Program-made: the position numbers and the translations under genes
The notes under the pieces: generated by a model
Database searches by the model: none
Seen by the model: the letters and a program-made list of their open reading frames with translations, nothing else
Told to the model about the DNA's origin: nothing
Shown: piece after piece, positions 8,661 through 19,432 of the stretch
Layout of the letters: each line of letters opens with the position of its first letter
Numbering within the stretch: the stretch's first letter is position 1
NCBI GenBank assembly: GCA_965217895.1
Contig: CBDCJV010000002.1
Location: 4,064,001 to 4,128,000, forward strand
Length of the DNA stretch: 64,000 nucleotides
DNA from: Waterburya sp.
Lineage (GTDB): Bacteria > Cyanobacteriota > Cyanobacteriia > Cyanobacteriales > Xenococcaceae
Direction of reading: 5' to 3'

Positions 8661-10410
8661 ACTTCTGCGAGTCTTAATTGTTGAAGATTCAGAAGATGAT
8701 GCCGAACTACTAGCCATTGAACTTGAACAAGGTAATTATGAAATAACTTATCAAAGGGTTGACACTAAAGCAGATATGCAGGCTGCTTTACAGAAACCTC
8801 AATCTTGGGATATTGTGCTAGCTGATTATTCCATGCCCCAGTTTAGTGCGATCGCAGCTTTAGAACTATTAAAAGAATACGATCTAGATCTGCCCTTCGT
8901 CATTGTTTCGGGCAAGATCGGCGAAGATACGGCAGTAGCAGCGATGAAAGCAGGCGCTCACGACTATTTAGTCAAAGGCAAGCTATCTCGCCTAATTCCT
9001 GCCGTTGAAAGAGAGTTAAGAGAAGCAATACTGAGAGAGGAATATCGCGCTGCCCAAAAAAGACTCAGATATCTCGCCTTTTACGATAAGTTAACCAATT
9101 TACCCAACAGGACTTTATTTTTTGAACACCTCGGCCGTGAAATAGCTCGTCAGCAAGAACAAAAAGCTGATAATCAAAGCTTAAAGGGGGATAGATCATC
9201 AAGTACTTTAGCTGTTTTATTGCTCAGTATCGATCGCTTTGAGGGTATAAAGCATAGCTTAGGTTACGAAATTAGTGAGCAGCTACTAATCTCGATGGCT
9301 CGCCGACTAGAAGAATATATCAGTGAAGATGATTTTAATCTTGTTGCCAGGATCGGTGAAGACGAGTTTGCCTTGCTAATTACAAATATTAATAGTCCTC
9401 AAGATATTACGAATCGGGCTGAAAAACTCTATCGACAGCTAATTAAACCTTTTACGATCGAAGGCACTACAGTTTGCTCGACGGTCAGTATTGGTATTGC
9501 TCTAAATCGCAGCGACAATCAGAATCCTGCCCAGCTTTTGCAGTCAGCAGATACGGCTATGGGGTATGCCAAAGTTAATTTTGTTAAAACTTCGGTTTTA
9601 TTTAATGAACGAATGCGAAGCAAGGCAGTAGAAAAGTTACGGCTAGAAAACGATTTGCAAAAAGCGATCGACAACAAGCAACTATATCTCAACTATCAGC
9701 CCATAGTTTCTTTAGAGACTGGCAAAATTAATTGTTTAGAAGCTTTAGTTAGGTGGAAACATAATTCCCTTGGTTTAATTCCACCAGTCAAATTTATTCC
9801 TATGTGTGAAGAAACTGGTCAGATTATTGCTTTAGGTAAATGGATACTTTCTGAAGCCTGTTCTCAATTAGCAGCTTGGCAAAAGTTGTTTACTGCTAAT
9901 GCTCCACTGACAATGAGTATTAATTTGTCCCGTATCCAAATTTATCATCCCGAACTAATTCCGCAAATAGACTATCTTTTGGAGTCATTAAACTTAAAGG
10001 GAAAGGATCTAAAGCTAGAAATTACTGAAAGTACGCTGATGGAAAATACGACCGCAGTTACAAAAGTTTTAGAACAGTTAAAAGAACGAGATATAAAACT
10101 ATGTTTGGATGACTTTGGTACTGGTTATTCTTCTTTGAGCTATTTGCGCTATCTGCCTGTAGATACGGTAAAGATAGATCGCTCTTTTATTGGATCACAG
10201 ATTAATAATACTAATTACGATATTATTAAGGCAATTATTAACCTTGCTCATAGTTTAGGTTTGGACGTTATTGCCGAAGGTATTGAAACAAAGGCTCAGT
10301 TGGAAATATTACGCAGTTTAGGCTGTGAATATGGACAGGGATATTTTTTGGCTTATCCTCTCAATAGCCAAGATGTTATGAACGTGATGCAACGCCGATC
10401 TATTATCTAA
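8653..10410 (+). CDS. REC-GGDEF-EAL protein, probable c-di-GMP phosphodiesterase
   Basis: REC domain (IVEDSEDD, ADYSMP), DKLTNLPNR, degenerate RIGEDEF, EALVRW, DDFGTGYSS, AEGIE. ATG 8653 overlaps the upstream stop. Confidence 0.9.
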   Translation: MSKLLRVLIVEDSEDDAELLAIELEQGNYEITYQRVDTKADMQAALQKPQSWDIVLADYSMPQFSAIAALELLKEYDLDLPFVIVSGKIGEDTAVAAMKAGAHDYLVKGKLSRLIPAVERELREAILREEYRAAQKRLRYLAFYDKLTNLPNRTLFFEHLGREIARQQEQKADNQSLKGDRSSSTLAVLLLSIDRFEGIKHSLGYEISEQLLISMARRLEEYISEDDFNLVARIGEDEFALLITNINSPQDITNRAEKLYRQLIKPFTIEGTTVCSTVSIGIALNRSDNQNPAQLLQSADTAMGYAKVNFVKTSVLFNERMRSKAVEKLRLENDLQKAIDNKQLYLNYQPIVSLETGKINCLEALVRWKHNSLGLIPPVKFIPMCEETGQIIALGKWILSEACSQLAAWQKLFTANAPLTMSINLSRIQIYHPELIPQIDYLLESLNLKGKDLKLEITESTLMENTTAVTKVLEQLKERDIKLCLDDFGTGYSSLSYLRYLPVDTVKIDRSFIGSQINNTNYDIIKAIINLAHSLGLDVIAEGIETKAQLEILRSLGCEYGQGYFLAYPLNSQDVMNVMQRRSII

Positions 10411-10527
10411 TTAGAAGACTCAGCGGTATCCGCGATTGACAGCTATTAGCTTTTTAAGAATTATTAGTACATAAAATTCTACCTGCTATCTACTACCTAA
10501 TCTTCACAGATTAATTAGTGCGTCACA

Positions 10528-12039
10528 TCAGTTATGAGCTATGTTGCGTAAGCTGCGAGTTTGTTCGAGAATATCTTCAATGTCTTCTTGAGAGAGGCGT
10601 TCGACATAATTAATTTTGATTTCTTCTAGTAAGTCAATTAGTAAAAGCTCAATTTTGTTCATGCTTTGTTGTGCCTGTAGCTCACTAGAGACGGATTTGC
10701 CGATGTTATCTACCAGACTTTCTAATAAACGATCAAACTGTTCATCTTCTGCCAGTGCTGCTTGTAAGGTACTGCTAAAGGCACTGTAGGTTTGAGAAAC
10801 TAGCTGATGACTCAGGGTAGTCATAGCGCGATCGCCTCCAGGGAGCATTTTGATGCCTTGATAGGCTGGGCTTTGTCTTAAAGCTTTATCGACGCTATAT
10901 ATTAGTAGAGTTTCTGCTTCGGGCTGAATGGCAGGTAATACGCGATCGGCAAGGACTTTGGCTAAGATCCTGATAATTTCGGCGGTTTCGTTGGTGTCAT
11001 TGATGTCAATGTAGGGGTTAGCCGTTTGTTGAGACAATAATTTGCCTAGATCGCCATTACGAATTGAAGCTTGTGTTTGATTGATTAAGCGAATAATTAC
11101 CACTTCTGTCACGTCTTCGGCTATGCCTGCTACTAATCCTTGGCTTAACTGTTTCTGAATAGAATTAAGATTGATAATTTGTGCCTGACTCAAACGAACC
11201 GTAACGGGAATAACTCGCAGCCAACGCCAAAAAGGAAGCAGAAACAATATATCGTACCAACGCCAAAGCATAGCATCTAGCCAGCTTACACCCACTCGAC
11301 GACGGCTAATAAACCAAGTGCGTCCCAAAAATTCTAAGGCAAAAAGCACTCCAAAAGGAAAATCAATCACGCCAAAATAATCTATATAGCCACCATTATC
11401 ACCAACAGCACGATAGTAGTTTGTCGCCACTAAAGGTTTAATTTCGCGATCAAAAAAGTTTAGTTCCTCAGTGACTTTGCCCTGAAAATTATTAGGAGTC
11501 CAGTATTGCCAAAATGCTGCCTTGGCTGAATTATCTCGGTTGGGGAGGTGCGATCGCATTTCATTTTTAATCCGTTCTAAATTCCCTGTTTTGTTTGCTT
11601 CAGAAAAAGCATTGGTTTGAATAATCTCAATACTGCGACGACGGAGATCCCCGAAAAGATTTTTGGCTACAGGAGAATCAACGTCATTTACAGCTAATTC
11701 TTTTCTTAACTGCTCTACTTTGGCTAAATACTCTTGGGTGTCTCGGTTAGGAATTATGCCCTTGATGGCATCATAGCGAGTAATAAATGCAGATATATTC
11801 GCAGGAATCAGATCTAATTTTATGCCATCGTATTTGATGTAAGCCGTCTTAATGCCGCCGACTGTAACTTGACCAGATAGCCAAAAATCTCTTAAAGGAA
11901 TATAGCTAAGATCGAAAGCGACAATGGTTATGTTAATTACAGCCACTAAAGCCATTAACTTCTCAAACCAGAGATTAGGTCGATATTTTCTAGTTCTTCT
12001 TTTAGGTAATCTAGTGACGATAGTCATTTCATTTACCAT
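10528..12039 (-). CDS. Conserved hypothetical membrane protein
   Basis: 503 aa ORF with hydrophobic segments and WRWYD..LLPFWRWLRVIPV. Overlaps the TetR stop. Confidence 0.7.
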   Translation of the reverse strand: MVNEMTIVTRLPKRRTRKYRPNLWFEKLMALVAVINITIVAFDLSYIPLRDFWLSGQVTVGGIKTAYIKYDGIKLDLIPANISAFITRYDAIKGIIPNRDTQEYLAKVEQLRKELAVNDVDSPVAKNLFGDLRRRSIEIIQTNAFSEANKTGNLERIKNEMRSHLPNRDNSAKAAFWQYWTPNNFQGKVTEELNFFDREIKPLVATNYYRAVGDNGGYIDYFGVIDFPFGVLFALEFLGRTWFISRRRVGVSWLDAMLWRWYDILFLLPFWRWLRVIPVTVRLSQAQIINLNSIQKQLSQGLVAGIAEDVTEVVIIRLINQTQASIRNGDLGKLLSQQTANPYIDINDTNETAEIIRILAKVLADRVLPAIQPEAETLLIYSVDKALRQSPAYQGIKMLPGGDRAMTTLSHQLVSQTYSAFSSTLQAALAEDEQFDRLLESLVDNIGKSVSSELQAQQSMNKIELLLIDLLEEIKINYVERLSQEDIEDILEQTRSLRNIAHN

Positions 12040-12674
12040 TGTTCATTGTTCAAAACTCCCCGTAAAAAGATATCAGAAATACCTTCAGCCATTTCCTGCA
12101 TGGCTTGAGGTGATGAATCAGGATCAAGAATTGTTTCTTCAGAAAAACCAGCGATCGCAAATATGCCTAAAAATACTTTGGCGACTATTTTAGGATTCAT
12201 TTGACGATAAATTCCCTTGTCCATCGCGGTTTCAAAAAAAGCTTCTGCCACATCGGTCATCTTGTCAATTACTTCTGCTTGAATACTGTCTCTTAATTCA
12301 GGATGATATTGAGCCTCAATGAAGCAAACTCGCATCAAATCGCTATTTTTACGCATATTCAGCATTCTACGTCGCATCACTTGCGAAACTGCTTTATAGT
12401 TGCCCATTTCGCTAAGTTCCATCAGTAAATCTGTTAGAATATCAACCCATCCAGCAGTAGCTACTTCAATTAAAATTGCTTTTTTATTAGTAAAGTGACG
12501 AAACACAGTTCCCTCAGCTACTTGTGCTGACTTGGCTAGATCTTTAGTGGTTGTGCCATCATAGCCTTGGCGAGCAAATAGCTTTAGTGCAGCCTGTAAA
12601 ATTTTAGTGCGGGTGTCCTTCTCTGTAGAAGGAGTTTGACGCATTTTCCAGGTTTGCTGAGAAAAAACTGGCAT
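12033..12674 (-). CDS. TetR/AcrR-family regulator
   Basis: ILQAALKLFARQGYDGTTTKDLA...EGTVFRHF.NK HTH. Confidence 0.92.
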   Translation of the reverse strand: MPVFSQQTWKMRQTPSTEKDTRTKILQAALKLFARQGYDGTTTKDLAKSAQVAEGTVFRHFTNKKAILIEVATAGWVDILTDLLMELSEMGNYKAVSQVMRRRMLNMRKNSDLMRVCFIEAQYHPELRDSIQAEVIDKMTDVAEAFFETAMDKGIYRQMNPKIVAKVFLGIFAIAGFSEETILDPDSSPQAMQEMAEGISDIFLRGVLNNEQW

Positions 12675-12886
12675 AGTAATTGTTATTAATGAGTAATTAT
12701 GATGGGCTTAATAATATAGCAAGATTGGAAATATCTATTTTTCCCTAATATTTTGCCAGGAATTGCTTAATATTTCATAATAATTCTCTTTGGTTACAGG
12801 TTACAGTGAAACATTATTTACCAGCTTCTTGACAGAAGCAGCAAGCATGAAAATTAAGATAAAATATAACCGCAGTAAGATTATAC

Positions 12887-14527
12887 ATGGCTAAATTGAG
12901 ACATTTTTGGATATATTGGCTGAAATTAAGCAGATTGAATCGATTTTTTGCCGATCTAAATTACTTTTGTAAGTATACACAAGCGCAATGGATGAGTCTT
13001 ATGGCGAGTCGTAAACTAAGCGTATGCTTAATTGCTTTATTGTTCTGGAATTTGGCGGGGATGTCTGCTTTGGCTGCACCCCCAGATAAGTCAGGTACTT
13101 CAATTAAGCCTTATCTAAATCGGGTAATGGAACAGATAACGGAATTTACTCTAGATAATGGTTTAAAGTTTATTGTTTTAGAAAACCACGAAGCTCCAGT
13201 AGTTTCTTTTGTCACCTATGCTAATGTTGGTGGTGTTGATGAACCCGATGGTAAAACGGGGGTGGCTCACTTTTTGGAACATTTGGCATTTAAGGGTACT
13301 AAAAAGATTGGCACAACTAACTATTCTGCAGAAGCTAAAGAATTGAATAAGTTAGATCGCTTATTTGCCGACATTAAACAGGCACAAAAGTCGGAAAATA
13401 ATGCCAAGCTAGCTAAACTCACTGCTGAGTTTGTTGCCACTCAGGAAAAAGCCAGTAAGTACGTCAAGCAAAATGAATATGGCGAAATTGTCGATACGGC
13501 AGGTGGGGTAGGCTTAAATGCAGCTACTTCGGCTGACAGTACTACCTATTTTTATAGTTTCCCTGCTAATAAGCTAGAACTATGGATGTCTTTAGAATCA
13601 GAAAGATTTTTAGATCCCGTATACCGAGAATTTTATAAAGAAAAGCAGGTAATTTTGGAGGAAAGACGGTTGCGTACCGATAATTCTCCCATCGGTAAGA
13701 TGATCGAGGAATTTTTAGATACTGCTTTTACCGTTCATCCTTATAAACGTCCCGTAATTGGCTATCAAAAGGACATCGAAAATTTAAGTAGAGAGGATGT
13801 TCAAAAGTTTTTCCAAACTTACTATGTACCTAAAAATTTAACTATGGCGATCGCAGGAGATGTCGATCCTGTTAAAGTTAAAGAATTAGCTCAAACCTAT
13901 TTTGGACGATTTAAACCTGAACCTCAACCACCTAAAGTAGCTAAAGTTGAACCGCCTCAACAGCAAACAAGAGAAGTTACCGTTAATTTTCCTTCCCAGC
14001 CTTTATATTTAGAAGGCTACCATATCCCCGCCTTAAATGATCCTGACTATATAGTGTATGAGGTTATTTCGGAACTACTTAGCAGCGGTAGAACCTCTCG
14101 TCTCTATAAGTCTTTGGTAGAAGAAAAACAGGTGGCTTTATCGGCACAAGGCTTTAATGGTTTTCCCGGAGACAAATATCCTAATTTGATGTTAGTTTAT
14201 GCCTTAACTGCTCCAGGTACTAGCATTGAACAATTAGCAACTGCTTTGCAAGGCGAGATCGAACGTTTAAAAACAGAAGCGGTCAAACCTGCGGAGTTAG
14301 AACAGGTGAAAACTCAGCTTAAAGCAGGTTTGTTGCGAACCCTCGATTCTAATATGGGAATGGCAAGTATATTAGCAGAATACGACGCTAAAACAGGTAG
14401 CTGGCGCAATATTTTTGATGAGCTAACCAAATTAGAACAAATCACTCCCCAAGATATTCAGCGAGTAGCTCAAACTACTTTTACAGCCGAAAATCGCACC
14501 ATTGGACGTTTACTACCCTCTAGCTAA
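12887..14527 (+). CDS. M16 (pitrilysin/insulinase) family Zn peptidase; start uncertain
   Basis: GVAHFLEHLAFKGT (HxxEH), NAATS.D.T.Y, EKQVILEERR. Confidence 0.92.
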   Translation: MAKLRHFWIYWLKLSRLNRFFADLNYFCKYTQAQWMSLMASRKLSVCLIALLFWNLAGMSALAAPPDKSGTSIKPYLNRVMEQITEFTLDNGLKFIVLENHEAPVVSFVTYANVGGVDEPDGKTGVAHFLEHLAFKGTKKIGTTNYSAEAKELNKLDRLFADIKQAQKSENNAKLAKLTAEFVATQEKASKYVKQNEYGEIVDTAGGVGLNAATSADSTTYFYSFPANKLELWMSLESERFLDPVYREFYKEKQVILEERRLRTDNSPIGKMIEEFLDTAFTVHPYKRPVIGYQKDIENLSREDVQKFFQTYYVPKNLTMAIAGDVDPVKVKELAQTYFGRFKPEPQPPKVAKVEPPQQQTREVTVNFPSQPLYLEGYHIPALNDPDYIVYEVISELLSSGRTSRLYKSLVEEKQVALSAQGFNGFPGDKYPNLMLVYALTAPGTSIEQLATALQGEIERLKTEAVKPAELEQVKTQLKAGLLRTLDSNMGMASILAEYDAKTGSWRNIFDELTKLEQITPQDIQRVAQTTFTAENRTIGRLLPSS

Positions 14528-14814
14528 ATAGGTTCAAGATTAACCACAATAACGTCTTCATTGCCTTATAGCTGACAGTCTAACGAGGCAATGAAGCTAT
14601 CTCTTCAATCGCGATCGCAAATTATACTAAATTCGATTGGAAAAAGTATCTTAAACATTAAGTTGGTAGTTCGTAGTCTGTGGTTTGTAGTCAGAATTAT
14701 ACTACTTACTACCTAACAATATAAGTAACCTACGCCAATAGGATTTAGTATTACTCAGGCTTTTAAACAAATAGCGATCGCAATATACAAACAACCAATA
14801 ACCAAGCCAAAAGT

Positions 14815-16818
14815 TTACTCTTTTAAAGATGAGCTGGTTTGAGCAGGGTTGTCTGAGGATTTGTAATTTAGCTTTAATTTATTTGCTAGAGCGTGATTTA
14901 ATTTTTGAGATGCACCAGGGTATTGTGGTTCTATCTGTAGCAATCTGCTATAAATTTTTACCGCACCGTCCCAATTATTGACCAATTCCAACTGTTGACC
15001 CAAGAAAAAATAGGAATCTACATTATTAGGGTTATTGCTAATTTCTAGCTTTAAAAACTCTATTGCCTCTTTATGTTTGCCCTGCTTGCTTAAAATTTCG
15101 CTGAGGCGATAATAAGACTGAGAAAATAGAGGATTTAAGACGATCGCTTTATAATAATAACTTAAAGCCTGTTGTGATTGACCCTGATCTATTAAGGCAT
15201 TACCCAAATAAAAGCGGTCCATAGCTGTACCGATTTTTGGTTCAAGAGCCAAAGCCAACTGCATTTCTTGAATAAATTCTTCTTGCTTGCCTATTTTAAA
15301 CAAGGTTCTAGCTAGATTTAGGTGAGCCTTAGAATACTGAGAATTAAGGTCTATAGCTTTACGATAGCAGGCGATCGCATATTGCCATTTTCTTTTTCTG
15401 CCATACAGGTTTCCCAAATCAGTATGAACTTTAGGGGAGTTAGGTTGCAGCTTAGATTGCTTGTAATAGCGTTCGATTGCCTTATCTAGTTGAGTTGCAG
15501 GAGTATTAATTTTCGTTTCCTGAGAATCATGCTTTAACTGTTTTGACCAAAGTTCAGAGCTGGCTTCGTCGTTGTAAGGCGGAGCAATCTCTGACTCTTG
15601 CGGGGAAGACTTTTGCTGACTTGGTTTTGATTTCGTAGCTGCTGGTAGTACAGGTTGAGCCATGCTGAGATCTAAAGCTTTTCGATAGTATAATGCTGCC
15701 TGTTTCCAGTTGTTTTGCTGCTCTAATTTTTCAGCGAGCAGACAGTATGTTTCTACTGAGGGTTTTGCATCAAATAGAGCCTCATCATCTAAATCTGAAC
15801 TAGCTGCTTGAGAAACTGTTTCTAATTCTCTAGCTCGATAAAGATTTAACTCAGCTTTATCAGAGTTCCCCAACCGCTGCCAAACTTCAGCTAGGCTGCG
15901 ATAGATGGTTGCACTAGGTCTAATGATAATAGCTTTTTGATAATGTTTGACTGCCTGCTGCCATTTTTCTTGTTGAGTGTAAATATCGGCAATTCCGGCG
16001 TAAACCTCAGCTAGATTGGGTTCTACCTCTACCGCTTTGGCATAGCATGACATCGCCTCCCCAGTTTTCCCCATTCTTTGTAAAGCGTTACCCCAAACTT
16101 TGTAAGCCTCTGCCATGTTAGGCATAATTTGCACTGCTTGTTTACAGGCTAGTGCTGAACGTTCCCATTCCTGCTTTTCTGAATGTTCTAATGCTTTTTG
16201 GAGATAAACCTGCGCTGTTTCCCAGTCAATATCCTTAGATTGCTCTGGATTGATGGTTTTGAGAGGTTTTAAAAAAGAAGGAGATATACTATTTGGCTCA
16301 ACTTCAACTTTAGAACGAGGCGGTTGAGGGTCAGAAGTTTTGCTTAAAGCAGAATCGATCTTAGTTAGAGGCTGAAAAGAAAATGCTGCTTCTTTGAGAG
16401 TAAAAGTAGGAATAGGAGGGCTAGGAGAACTAGCTACGTTCGCTCTAAATAGCTGTTTTTTTGTGTTTCCCGTCAAAGCTTTGAGATTAATTGCCTGACG
16501 ATAATAGTTAGCAGCTTGTTTGGCGTTGCCATGATTTTTCAGCCCTGTTGCTAGTTTTTCATAAGCAACTGCTAAATCTCCCTGTTGTTTTAAACGTTCA
16601 GCTAGGCGTTGCTGAATCTCTATTAGATGAGGATACTTTTCTATTGCTAAACCGTAGATTGCTAAAGCTTCGCTTAATTTGCCTTGTTCCCAGAGAACAT
16701 CAGCCTGAGCAATTTGTGTTTCCCATGAATCATTAGCATCAGAGTTTGAAGAAACTGCTGAGTCAGATTGTTTTTTTCCCGTTTCCAAGGGAAGCAGGTT
16801 TTGAAATAGCTTAAACAT
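14815..16818 (-). CDS. Tetratricopeptide repeat protein
   Basis: Multiple TPR units, e.g. AEAYKVWGNALQRMGKTGEAMSCYAKAVEVEP. Confidence 0.9.
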   Translation of the reverse strand: MFKLFQNLLPLETGKKQSDSAVSSNSDANDSWETQIAQADVLWEQGKLSEALAIYGLAIEKYPHLIEIQQRLAERLKQQGDLAVAYEKLATGLKNHGNAKQAANYYRQAINLKALTGNTKKQLFRANVASSPSPPIPTFTLKEAAFSFQPLTKIDSALSKTSDPQPPRSKVEVEPNSISPSFLKPLKTINPEQSKDIDWETAQVYLQKALEHSEKQEWERSALACKQAVQIMPNMAEAYKVWGNALQRMGKTGEAMSCYAKAVEVEPNLAEVYAGIADIYTQQEKWQQAVKHYQKAIIIRPSATIYRSLAEVWQRLGNSDKAELNLYRARELETVSQAASSDLDDEALFDAKPSVETYCLLAEKLEQQNNWKQAALYYRKALDLSMAQPVLPAATKSKPSQQKSSPQESEIAPPYNDEASSELWSKQLKHDSQETKINTPATQLDKAIERYYKQSKLQPNSPKVHTDLGNLYGRKRKWQYAIACYRKAIDLNSQYSKAHLNLARTLFKIGKQEEFIQEMQLALALEPKIGTAMDRFYLGNALIDQGQSQQALSYYYKAIVLNPLFSQSYYRLSEILSKQGKHKEAIEFLKLEISNNPNNVDSYFFLGQQLELVNNWDGAVKIYSRLLQIEPQYPGASQKLNHALANKLKLNYKSSDNPAQTSSSLKE

Positions 16819-17464
16819 TAGCGAATTAAAATAATAGATAAATATTTTTACTTAGATCAATTTAACGGCAAGGGGAATTGACTACTGCAAACAGGCTATA
16901 TTCCGAGGTAAAAACTAGCTTTTTTTTAACCATCTCATATTTACAATTTACAATACAGAAAGATCGGTATTTATACATAAGTATTTACTAAATTTTAAAC
17001 GCATTATCAAAAAATTTACCTAATCTTTAATTTGTTAGGTATTTAGATTTTATTTTTTTAGAAAAAAACAGACTTATATTCGTTAAATGCTGGAATTTTA
17101 GTAGATATAAGCGCAAAATATAGCTTCACATATGAACCTTGGGACATTTGGTTAAATTGCTACTTTCTACTCCCTACCTCTTACTTCTTACTTATTTTGT
17201 ACGTCTATAAATAAATTCGCGCTGATAACCTTCCAGTGATTTTGCAAAAAAAAAGAGTGCCTTAACACTCAAGATAAAATTTATAATTGCTTAATGACAA
17301 GCCGATATATAGCGATTTAATTTTGATTCGTAATGTCACAGAGAAACAATTTAATTTTCCTGCTCCGTCCCTTTGTCGGAGGAAACCTCCGACGGGGCGG
17401 TGGGCTTTTCCCTTTTTTCCTTACCCAGCCTCAACAGATTAGTTTGTTTCTTAGGAGGAGTTAG

Positions 17465-18532
17465 TTAAATTTCCTCCCAACCACCAACTCCGCTTGACAT
17501 GACATAGCTAGTTACCCCAGCCTCAAAGAAATTAGCTTTAGTATGACCTTCTTTTTTGGTATCAGAGAATCTTTCGAGATGTCGGTAAGGACTTTTCTTG
17601 TATTGTTCATCGACATATAAAGGTTCTAAGCCAATCGATCGCAGACGCATATTAGCCATATACTTAGTGTATTGTTCGGTACTGGCTTCTGTAATGCCTA
17701 AAACGCTATCGCCGACTATATGGTTCGTCCAGAGACATTCATGCTGTACTGCCGTGTCAAACATTTCGTAGATTTGCTCTACAGAATGAGGAAATAACTG
17801 CATCGCTTCAGGAAGTAGTTTTTGATATAGTCGAACATGAGAAAGTTCATCACGATTAATCATTTTAAAAATGTCAGCACTTCCTGGCATTAACATCCGT
17901 GAAGCCAGATTATAAAAGTAAATAAAACCATTATAAAAATAAATTCCCTCTAACAGATAATCGGCTAACAGCGAAACAAAATAGTTTTCTGGGGTAGGAT
18001 TATCAATATATTTTTGATAAATAGAGGCGATAAATTCACAACGGTCTGATAATATTTTGTCCGTGCGCCAAAAATCGTATACGGTGCTACGGCGATCGCC
18101 AGGAATTACGGTTTCAATAATATATTGATAGCTTTGATTGTGCATTCCCTCTTGGGCTATTTGTTCTGCCATGCAGATGCTTACTTCTGGTGCAGTAACG
18201 CAACTTTTAATGTGAGGAATATTACAGGTTTGAACTGAATCTAAAAAGGTTAAATAGCTTAAAATACCGTCATAAGCACGACGTTCTTCGCCAGTTAGAT
18301 TCCAGTAGTCGGTTACATCTTGAGTAAGATCGAGTTTTTGGGGAATCCAAAAGTTCTCTCGCATCTGTTGATACAAACCAATTGCCCAAGAATAACGTAC
18401 ATCATTTAGCTGCATTAAGTTAGTAGTATTACCAAACCAAATAGAGCGATTTTCTACCTTGTCATCTCCACTCTTATTGAAAATGCGGTTGGACGACATT
18501 ACATCTTGAGGATTCGTTAAAAATGAAGTCAT
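17465..18532 (-). CDS. nrdB: Class I ribonucleotide reductase beta subunit
   Basis: FWIP, TFLDSVQ, QEGMHNQSY (radical Tyr), LEGIYFYNGF, INRDELSH, NFFE..VTSY. Confidence 0.93.
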   Translation of the reverse strand: MTSFLTNPQDVMSSNRIFNKSGDDKVENRSIWFGNTTNLMQLNDVRYSWAIGLYQQMRENFWIPQKLDLTQDVTDYWNLTGEERRAYDGILSYLTFLDSVQTCNIPHIKSCVTAPEVSICMAEQIAQEGMHNQSYQYIIETVIPGDRRSTVYDFWRTDKILSDRCEFIASIYQKYIDNPTPENYFVSLLADYLLEGIYFYNGFIYFYNLASRMLMPGSADIFKMINRDELSHVRLYQKLLPEAMQLFPHSVEQIYEMFDTAVQHECLWTNHIVGDSVLGITEASTEQYTKYMANMRLRSIGLEPLYVDEQYKKSPYRHLERFSDTKKEGHTKANFFEAGVTSYVMSSGVGGWEEI

Positions 18533-18677
18533 AAAATTTTATCTAAAGCTTAACGCTATATACGGTGCTATAGCCTAACAAAATTTATCGTAAAACACTA
18601 GTATTTCTAATAGTAAATTAAATATCAGAATATTTGTACTAAATTTAAGATAGAGTATATCTGTAATCTTAAATTTT

Positions 18678-19370
18678 ATGAAAGCATCTAGATCCTATCC
18701 ATTTTGGCAGCGCGTAATATTTTGGAGTGCTGGCGGTATTAATCTAGCCATTTTACTTATTTTATTGACTATTTGGCGTACAGGCGATCGCGCCTTAAAC
18801 TTTATTGGCAATATGTTTAAATTTCAGCCAGTTCAGCCTAGGATTGAAAGCTCAAGTACAGTTGTACAGCAGATTAGGAATATTCAAGAGTTAACCACTA
18901 CTGTACAAACAATGGAAACTATTATGCCAGCTACCGCCGAGCGCAAATTAGGAGAAATTTCCTTGGCGACAACTCGCTTACTATATATCGCCAGAGGAGA
19001 AATTAGAGCGGGAGTAGATTTAAGCAAGCTTACGGATAGCAATATTAAAATTAGCGATAATGCTATTGAGATCGATTTACCGCCAGCCAAAATATTAGAT
19101 AGCAAAATCGACGTAAATAACTCTCGCGTCTACGATTATGATCGCGGATTTCTTAATTTAGGTCCTGATGTTGCCCCCCAGCTACAAACACTGGCGCAAA
19201 GAAAAACTTTGACAGAAATTGTTGACACTGCCTGTAATGAAGGAATTTTAAATCGGGCTAATGAGCGGGCAAAAACTAGCATTACTCAACTTTTAGGCAG
19301 TACTAATAGTTATCAAAAAGTAAAGGTAAATACGACACTGCCTGATTCCTGTGGAACAGTTAATAGGTAA
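18678..19370 (+). CDS. DUF4230-like membrane-anchored protein
   Basis: N-terminal TM, ELTT, GEIRAGVDLS, LPPAKIL. Confidence 0.75.
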   Translation: MKASRSYPFWQRVIFWSAGGINLAILLILLTIWRTGDRALNFIGNMFKFQPVQPRIESSSTVVQQIRNIQELTTTVQTMETIMPATAERKLGEISLATTRLLYIARGEIRAGVDLSKLTDSNIKISDNAIEIDLPPAKILDSKIDVNNSRVYDYDRGFLNLGPDVAPQLQTLAQRKTLTEIVDTACNEGILNRANERAKTSITQLLGSTNSYQKVKVNTTLPDSCGTVNR

Positions 19371-19432
19371 GCTAGTTGTTAACAAATTAAAACAACTATC
19401 AGCTTAATTCTTAAACAAGAATTAGAATGGGC

